Sequence record: PP355091.1
Strand: one strand, 5' to 3'
DNA length: 64,000 nucleotides
Source: Escherichia phage 235Ecol030PP
Shown piece after piece: positions 58,403 to 64,000 of this stretch (the first letter of the stretch is position 1; every line of letters begins with the position of its first letter). The position numbers were made by a program, and so were the translations under genes. The notes under the pieces are model-generated. The model was not told where the DNA came from and did not search any database. It worked only from the letters and a program-made list of their open reading frames with translations.

Positions 58403-58984
58403 CTAACCGAGCTTTTTAGTTAATTCATTCCAATGTTTTCTACACAAAGAAACATAAATTTCATCACCAATACAGATTTGATTACCTTCTTTAACTGGTG
58501 TTCCATCTTCCATTAATCGAGCTGTCATAATCGCTTTTTTACCGCAATGACAAACTGCCTTTAGTTCAATAAGTTTATCTGCAATCGCTAAAAGTTCTTT
58601 AGAACCTTCAAATAATTTTCCAGCGAAATCAGTCCTTAATCCATAAGCCATAACAGGAACATTATATGTATCAACAATTCGACTTAATTGATGCACTTGT
58701 TCAGTTTTTAAAAATTGGGCTTCATCTACAAATACACAATGAATATCTTTTTGTGCTTCAGCCCATTTATAGAACTCGAAAATATCCATATCATCTGTAA
58801 TAATATTCGCTTCCTGCTTAATTCCAATGCGAGAAACGACTTCACAGACAGAATCGCGAGTATCAATAGCAGGCTTAAGAACTAATACACTCATTCCACG
58901 TTCTTTATAATTATGTGCAGCAGTCAAAAGAGAAGCAGATTTTCCAGCATTCATTGCTGCATAAGTAAAAATTAAACTCGCCAT
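58403..58984 (-). CDS. tk: thymidine kinase, 193 aa
   Basis: P-loop MNAGKSASLL, zinc-binding CHCGK...C motif; size 193 aa. Confidence 0.85.
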   Translation of the reverse strand: MASLIFTYAAMNAGKSASLLTAAHNYKERGMSVLVLKPAIDTRDSVCEVVSRIGIKQEANIITDDMDIFEFYKWAEAQKDIHCVFVDEAQFLKTEQVHQLSRIVDTYNVPVMAYGLRTDFAGKLFEGSKELLAIADKLIELKAVCHCGKKAIMTARLMEDGTPVKEGNQICIGDEIYVSLCRKHWNELTKKLG

Positions 58985-58985
58985 T

Positions 58986-59174
58986 TTAGTCCTTAGTTAA
59001 ATTTTCTAAATATGTTTCTAAATCATTTTCAGCTTTATCGATAGATTTTACTAATTCGTAATATGTTTCGGCATCTCCATATTCAGAAGATATTTCAAAA
59101 GACAAATCCTTTTCTAAACTAATAATTTCACCAACTAAAAATAATATTTCGTTCTTTTGTTCGCGAGTAATCAT
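58986..59174 (-). CDS. small helical protein, 62 aa (family member)
   Basis: MITREQKNEILFLVGEI... pattern. Confidence 0.5.
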   Translation of the reverse strand: MITREQKNEILFLVGEIISLEKDLSFEISSEYGDAETYYELVKSIDKAENDLETYLENLTKD

Positions 59175-59356
59175 AAGGAATTTATATAATCAATGAGTTC
59201 TTGTTCTTTATTATCAAATTCTTTGGAAAGTTCTTCATATTCATTTGCGCTAAAAGGACCGCATTCATTACAAACTTTTTCCAATTCACTATTTTTATCC
59301 ATAATTTCGTGGATAAGAGAAAAGAGTTTGTCTTTTTGTTCTTTGCTTAGGCTCAT
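59171..59356 (-). CDS. small helical protein, 61 aa (family member)
   Basis: MSLSKEQKDKLFSLIHEI... pattern. Confidence 0.5.
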   Translation of the reverse strand: MSLSKEQKDKLFSLIHEIMDKNSELEKVCNECGPFSANEYEELSKEFDNKEQELIDYINSL

Positions 59357-59522
59357 ATATTAATTTCCAGAAGTTTTAAAATAATTCGCTTTTGCTTAAA
59401 TATTTCCACAGTTAAATGATCAGTATCTTTTTGACCAATTCCAATGGCAAAACCTTTATTAACAGCGAGTTCAATTAAATTATCAAGTTCACGTAACACT
59501 TCATATTGTAACTCAGAACTAT

Positions 59523-59735
59523 TCATTTTGGTTTACCTTCTTTAACGAAATCAGGATAAGGATAAAATCCTGAATAAAATCCTTCACCTTTATGATTGAT
59601 GCATCCTTTATTAGAACAATAGCACCAATAATCGAAATCACAAGCCATTTCATCGTTGCATAAAGCAAAAACAACCGGCCACTTACACTTTTCACAGTGG
59701 GCATTTTTAAGAATACTAGTTTGGCTCATAACCAT
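59523..59735 (-). CDS. Cys-rich small protein, 70 aa
   Basis: multiple CxxC-like pairs. Confidence 0.45.
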   Translation of the reverse strand: MVMSQTSILKNAHCEKCKWPVVFALCNDEMACDFDYWCYCSNKGCINHKGEGFYSGFYPYPDFVKEGKPK

Positions 59736-59953
59736 GTCACCTTTAAGCAGTATTCTTCTACATGTTGTTTACGACCTTTCTTATCAATAAAGGTATATTC
59801 AACGAATGTTCCAATGTAGTCTTTATCTACATCATGTGGACTATTAATTGGACATTTAGTACGGCAAATGCGTTCCCATTGACGAATAATTACTGCTTTG
59901 TTTTTAGGATCAAACGGATGTGGATAATGTATATTCATAATAATGGTTCCCAA
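59726..59953 (-). CDS. hypothetical protein, 75 aa
   Basis: ORF. Confidence 0.45.
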   Translation of the reverse strand: MGTIIMNIHYPHPFDPKNKAVIIRQWERICRTKCPINSPHDVDKDYIGTFVEYTFIDKKGRKQHVEEYCLKVTWL

Positions 59954-60402
59954 TCAACAATCACAATTTCTAATTTAGAGGAATATGCATCTAAAATCCC
60001 CTCAATAATATCCCAGTTCCCTTTACCTATGCCTGCACCAATCCTAGGCATATAGATTGTAGGTTTAATTAGTTTATTTTCACCAAACTCATTTAATTCT
60101 AACATACAATTCATTAAAGCGGAATACTCAAAATTTGGCCCTGGCTGAAATTGAGTATAAAGGTTGAAGCAATACGCTTTATGAGTCCTAAAGTATTTTT
60201 CATAAACTGAGTAAGAACCGAGTTTAGTTACATCACCCCATTCAGTCTGTAATTTATCAGCTTCCAAAATTTTAGGGAAAGCTTTGGTTAATTGACCCGC
60301 TACGCCTGAACCCATAGTATGAAAACAATTGCATCCATGCGCAATATTTTTACCTTCAGCGAAAAGGGCGACAATATCGCCCTTGATATATTTTACAATC
60401 AT
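59935..60402 (-). CDS. macro-domain protein (ADP-ribose binding/hydrolase-like), 155 aa
   Basis: N..H...GSGVAG and GAGIGKG glycine-rich loops typical of macro domains. Confidence 0.55.
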   Translation of the reverse strand: MIVKYIKGDIVALFAEGKNIAHGCNCFHTMGSGVAGQLTKAFPKILEADKLQTEWGDVTKLGSYSVYEKYFRTHKAYCFNLYTQFQPGPNFEYSALMNCMLELNEFGENKLIKPTIYMPRIGAGIGKGNWDIIEGILDAYSSKLEIVIVDWEPLL

Positions 60403-60746
60403 CTAGTACTCAATCCTCGATTATAAGAATCTACCAAACGGTCAACCATTGAATGACAAGCGGCTTTATCTTTCTCCTCCGCAACTGAACATTCTAAAGT
60501 ATTCCACTTTTTAGCATATCGTTTTAACAATGTATAGTTTTTGTATCTGCTTGATTTATCCCTTTCTCCGTCTTTATATGCATATATTAATTTCTGTGCA
60601 AATTCAGCTTGGCATGCTTTATTTTTCCCACAATAATCTGCCGCAGTGCGGTTTACATATTCTCTAATTTCAGTATATGATGTATCTGCTGACGCAGAAG
60701 CAGAAAATGAAATTAATCCTATACATAAAACTAAAATTTTAGTCAT
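60399..60746 (-). CDS. secreted protein with signal peptide, 115 aa
   Basis: signal peptide MTKILVLCIGLISFSASASA. Confidence 0.55.
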   Translation of the reverse strand: MTKILVLCIGLISFSASASADTSYTEIREYVNRTAADYCGKNKACQAEFAQKLIYAYKDGERDKSSRYKNYTLLKRYAKKWNTLECSVAEEKDKAACHSMVDRLVDSYNRGLSTR

Positions 60747-61284
60747 TTACTATTTCCAAAAGTTTATTATTTTTAAGGTAATTAGCCTTTTCTAGGACTT
60801 CAGAAGCATATTTAGAACCAGCTTTAACATTCCATCCCGAATTATAAGAGGATATTGCTTTTCTTATATCGCCCTTATGTATATTTAACCAATAAGAAAG
60901 TTCAATGTACGCCCAGGAAGCTGAATTGGATCGTTTATTCAACATTCTTTTTATTTCAGCATCGGTCATATTATAACCAAGTTCCTTAACTCTTGCTCGC
61001 ATAGTAGGCAAATAATTTTGGAACATTCCGTAGGCGTGATGCTTTGGTTTAGATTTTAAATTAACTCCGCCAGAGCTTTCTTGCCATAAAATGGCTGCCA
61101 TTATATGACCTAATCCGCTCTTGTGGATATTTTTGTGTGTTTTATATTTTCCATCCTTAGAAAATTGTTCCCCGAATTGATACGCGTAACGCATGTTATC
61201 GAGTTGGACATTACTGAAAGTATGCTCGGAGCTATGTGCCATCATTGAAATGGCCAATAGACCAGCGAGTAGTGCTTTTCTCAT
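60739..61284 (-). CDS. secreted lytic transglycosylase-like protein, 181 aa
   Basis: signal peptide; SLT-like ...WQESSGG... and YNSG motifs. Confidence 0.55.
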   Translation of the reverse strand: MRKALLAGLLAISMMAHSSEHTFSNVQLDNMRYAYQFGEQFSKDGKYKTHKNIHKSGLGHIMAAILWQESSGGVNLKSKPKHHAYGMFQNYLPTMRARVKELGYNMTDAEIKRMLNKRSNSASWAYIELSYWLNIHKGDIRKAISSYNSGWNVKAGSKYASEVLEKANYLKNNKLLEIVND

Positions 61285-61291
61285 GCTTACC

Positions 61292-61753
61292 TCATTGAGT
61301 TTTAATTACTGCTTTAGAAGCCTTTCCTGGTAAACGACGACTGTTGATAATTGCCATCCTACATTGAAGTGACGGGTCTTTGAATTTCGCATTAGGTTTA
61401 CAAACTGTAAATCCAAGCCAAAGATTTCCATCTGTGATTTCTAAACGTCCAGGACGATATTCAACCCCATCAATAAAATCCTCGTCAATGTCAGGACGCG
61501 GAGGCATACTCAGGAATTCATTAACTTCTAAAACATGGTCTTTTATTTTATGGAATAATTCAAAAACATATGTCTCATCAATCTCCCGTTGAATTGCGCG
61601 ATCAAGAAGATGCTGAGAATATTTTAGATGAAACGATGAGACCCCTGCTGCTTTTGATGCCTCACGAATCTCATTGTTAATTTGACGAAACTCCGACTCA
61701 AAGTGACGACGAAGCTTATTTCGACGGATAAAAACTTCTGTATTGATAGTCAT
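61292..61753 (-). CDS. regB: endoribonuclease RegB, 153 aa
   Basis: size 153 aa; sequence recalled as RegB; early promoter upstream. Confidence 0.75.
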   Translation of the reverse strand: MTINTEVFIRRNKLRRHFESEFRQINNEIREASKAAGVSSFHLKYSQHLLDRAIQREIDETYVFELFHKIKDHVLEVNEFLSMPPRPDIDEDFIDGVEYRPGRLEITDGNLWLGFTVCKPNAKFKDPSLQCRMAIINSRRLPGKASKAVIKTQ

Positions 61754-61780
61754 GTTATTCTCCTCTTAACTGATAGAAAA

Positions 61781-61810
61781 ATTATACCACAGTCAAGAGG
61801 AAAAGTAAAC
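61781..61810 (-). promoter_or_regulatory. T4-type early promoter upstream of regB
   Basis: GTTTAC-18nt-TGGTATAAT. Confidence 0.7.
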
Positions 61811-61812
61811 AG

Positions 61813-62091
61813 TTATTCTTTAAATCTAATCAATTTATTCATAGACTTTGAAACTTCGGCACGAACCTCATGTAGATTTTTGAGCTGTTCAAGACGCTGC
61901 GTATAGTAAGCAATTTCATCTTCTTCGAGACAGTCCTGCGAATCTTCTTTAAGATAACGTGCATAGTCCTGGAAAGCGTTACGGACTACTTCCTGGAAGT
62001 CATCAAGACTTTGAATTTTCTTAGGAGCAACAGATACACGACGAGGGGCAGTATAATACTCATAACCAAACCCTGCGCTTAATTGAGCCAT
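61813..62091 (-). CDS. hypothetical protein (start trimmed)
   Basis: ORF. Confidence 0.4.
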   Translation of the reverse strand: MAQLSAGFGYEYYTAPRRVSVAPKKIQSLDDFQEVVRNAFQDYARYLKEDSQDCLEEDEIAYYTQRLEQLKNLHEVRAEVSKSMNKLIRFKE

Positions 62092-62357
62092 TAGTATTTT
62101 TCCTCTGGTTGGAACACTGCACGACAAGCCCACATACTGGCTTCTTTGAGTTTCGTTTTAGCAATAGTTAACTGATCGAGGCTTTCAGCATAATTCTTCG
62201 CGAATTCACAGTCTTCACAATTATCTAGTGCTTCCCAGAATTCATCGTATAAAGCGTCAAAGATAAGTCCTAAACGAACTTCAGCGTCTTTGATAGCATT
62301 CACTTTACCGATTTTCTCTTCAGTATGTGGCTTATAACCCTTAATATCTTCAATCAT
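62091..62357 (-). CDS. hypothetical protein (start trimmed)
   Basis: ORF. Confidence 0.4.
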   Translation of the reverse strand: MIEDIKGYKPHTEEKIGKVNAIKDAEVRLGLIFDALYDEFWEALDNCEDCEFAKNYAESLDQLTIAKTKLKEASMWACRAVFQPEEKY

Positions 62358-62571
62358 ATTTGACTTCCTCACCAGTACATAAATCATATTCAACTAAACG
62401 AATGGGTTCATGAATGCCATATCCCTGAACAGAAATTTCTGTCGTAGGATAAATTCCATCAATATCACCCATATTCCACGCTTCATTAAATTGCTGTTCG
62501 CCTGAATTACTAAACCACTCGGCGAAAGCATTTAGCACATCTTCAGAACCTTCAATAATTATCTTTGCCAT
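62350..62571 (-). CDS. hypothetical acidic protein, 73 aa
   Basis: ORF. Confidence 0.45.
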   Translation of the reverse strand: MAKIIIEGSEDVLNAFAEWFSNSGEQQFNEAWNMGDIDGIYPTTEISVQGYGIHEPIRLVEYDLCTGEEVKYD

Positions 62572-62933
62572 TACAAACTTTCGGTGAAGGTACGAGCGAT
62601 AACGTCGCGCTGCTGTTCCGGAGTCAGAGAGTTAAAGCGAACTGCATAACCGGATACACGGATGGTCAGCTGCGGATATTTTTCCGGATGCTTAACTGCA
62701 TCTTCCAGAGTTTCACGACGCAGAACGTTAACGTTCAGGTGTTGACCACCTTCAATTTTAACTGTAGGCTGTTGCTCAATTTCAATTTCACGGGCATGCA
62801 AACCATAGAAAATTTCTGGGTCTACAAAAGAGTCCTCTTTAAAGGTTTTAGAAACGATAATTCGTGCTTGAATACCATCTTCAAAATAAATAGTACCTTT
62901 GTGTGTGCCTTCAAGAATTTGATATGCTTTCAT
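62571..62933 (-). CDS. autonomous glycyl radical cofactor (GrcA/YfiD-like), 120 aa
   Basis: C-terminal half matches the PFL/GrcA glycyl radical region incl. RVSGYAV. Confidence 0.85.
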   Translation of the reverse strand: MKAYQILEGTHKGTIYFEDGIQARIIVSKTFKEDSFVDPEIFYGLHAREIEIEQQPTVKIEGGQHLNVNVLRRETLEDAVKHPEKYPQLTIRVSGYAVRFNSLTPEQQRDVIARTFTESL

Positions 62934-62940
62934 ATAAACC

Positions 62941-63270
62941 TCAATTAGAAAATAAATTTATCCAAGATTGTTCTTTAATTAAAAATGGCTCAGAATCATA
63001 TGCCATTAAACTCTGTGTGATTAGTCCTTTAAAAGGCCCATCAATAAATTCCATGGTAAAATATGGAATTTTATTCATTAGCCGTGCATTAGGAGCCGTG
63101 CACAAAACTCTGCATCCTTTGAATACGCCTTTTTGTAATTTGTATTGCTTAGGATAAAATTCGCTCAAAATGTTATTTTTTGCCAAAATTTCAAAATGAT
63201 TCACCAATTTATTTTTAATAGTTTTTGGTGAAAAATAAAGATATTCGAAAAGCTGAGTGTCTGTCATCAT
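62941..63270 (-). CDS. hypothetical protein, ~110 aa (start trimmed to MMTDTQ)
   Basis: ORF coupled to the upstream gene stop. Confidence 0.45.
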   Translation of the reverse strand: MMTDTQLFEYLYFSPKTIKNKLVNHFEILAKNNILSEFYPKQYKLQKGVFKGCRVLCTAPNARLMNKIPYFTMEFIDGPFKGLITQSLMAYDSEPFLIKEQSWINLFSN

Positions 63271-63806
63271 TGCATTCCGATTACGAAAAACTGTGGACGA
63301 GTAATACCACCAATGCAACATTTAATATTACAGCAGCAGTGTACAGTGTCAATATGGACACTATAAATCTTATCCATATCAGGAGATTTGACAGGCTCAT
63401 CAATTATATATAAAATTCGCGAAAGCTTTAAACCTCTGAACTTGCTTCCTTTATTACCGATAAAACTGCGCACAGAATCAGTAAATAAACGAAAACGTAT
63501 ATCATCATTAGAATAACGCGAAAATTCCTTTTTAATGTTATTTGCAGAAATTTTAGCGTAAGCTGAAGTATTAGAAAGAACAATAACTGTTCCGCCATCA
63601 TACAACCAATTAGCAGCAAAGTTAGTCACAGCAATTGATTTACCGGATTGACGCCCACCATCTAGTCGAAGTGTGCAATACTGTTTAAGTAAGTCTTCAA
63701 ATGGCGGGATATATTCGTTTTTACAAATTTCTTCTACTCTAGCATCAGAATGGTGTGTAAAAGCATTCATCAGGGATAGATAAGGACCAGTTAAAAATGT
63801 TCTCAT
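63267..63806 (-). CDS. P-loop NTPase-like protein with Cys-rich C-terminus, 179 aa
   Basis: Walker A-like DGGRQSGKS, Walker B-like ILYIIDEP. Confidence 0.55.
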   Translation of the reverse strand: MRTFLTGPYLSLMNAFTHHSDARVEEICKNEYIPPFEDLLKQYCTLRLDGGRQSGKSIAVTNFAANWLYDGGTVIVLSNTSAYAKISANNIKKEFSRYSNDDIRFRLFTDSVRSFIGNKGSKFRGLKLSRILYIIDEPVKSPDMDKIYSVHIDTVHCCCNIKCCIGGITRPQFFVIGMQ

Positions 63807-64000
63807 TTCTTCTCTCTAAATTTGGGCCATTCCGTGGCGCATGAATTGTCCATTTCTGTATTTACCCATTACCGCACTTGGGCTCGACCTTATTACAGGT
63901 TGGCGGGAATCCCTCACAGAATCATGAGGTCCAGCTTGTTCCCATTTTATTTGAATGTAAATAGATCTGAGTTAGGAATTACGGGCTGCATTAGCAACGG

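Noticed and set aside
63267-63321. Possible frameshifted single gene spanning 62941-63806
   Set aside because: The stop of the P-loop ORF is immediately followed by an in-frame ATG-ATG for the next ORF (MMTDTQ), consistent with two coupled genes rather than a frameshift.
1-64000. CRISPR arrays, rRNA or tRNA genes
   Set aside because: No regularly spaced direct repeats with unique spacers and no tRNA-like cloverleaf signatures seen; the GC-rich block at 63830-64000 was checked for a T-loop (GTTCRANYC) and none found.

Overview
This window reads as the early/middle (pre-replicative) region of a T-even (T4-like, Tequatrovirus-type) phage genome, running from rIIA through topoisomerase, dexA, dda, modA/modB, soc, gene 56, primase-helicase (61/41), uvsX, the replisome (43, regA, 62, 44, 45), 46/47, a-gt, late sigma gp55, the anaerobic RNR genes (nrdH/nrdG/nrdD, nrdD split by a group I intron) and on to nrdC, rI, tk and regB. 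Almost every gene is on the minus strand, with many T4-type early promoters (GTTTAC -35, extended -10) and GC-rich UUCG-type hairpins between genes. All identifications rest on protein motifs, sizes and gene order recalled from memory; no database search was run. Against the T4 layout as I remember it, the window shows mosaic differences: a single unsplit 606-aa gp39, a 282-aa GT-A-like glycosyltransferase preceded by a GIY-YIG endonuclease at the beta-gt locus, an HNH endonuclease plus a plus-strand small ORF between genes 56 and 61, and an RB69-like Soc. The most striking sequence-level anomaly is a perfect 141-bp tandem duplication at the sp/61.2-like junction. The best candidates for an uncharacterised system are in the nrdC-tk hyperplastic region: a nucleotidyltransferase-fold protein with a membrane protein, a paralog pair and a nearby AAA-like ATPase; three consecutive proteins with C-terminal coiled coils; a five-member family of ~60-aa helical proteins; and a macro-domain protein. 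None of these has a function I can assign from sequence alone.
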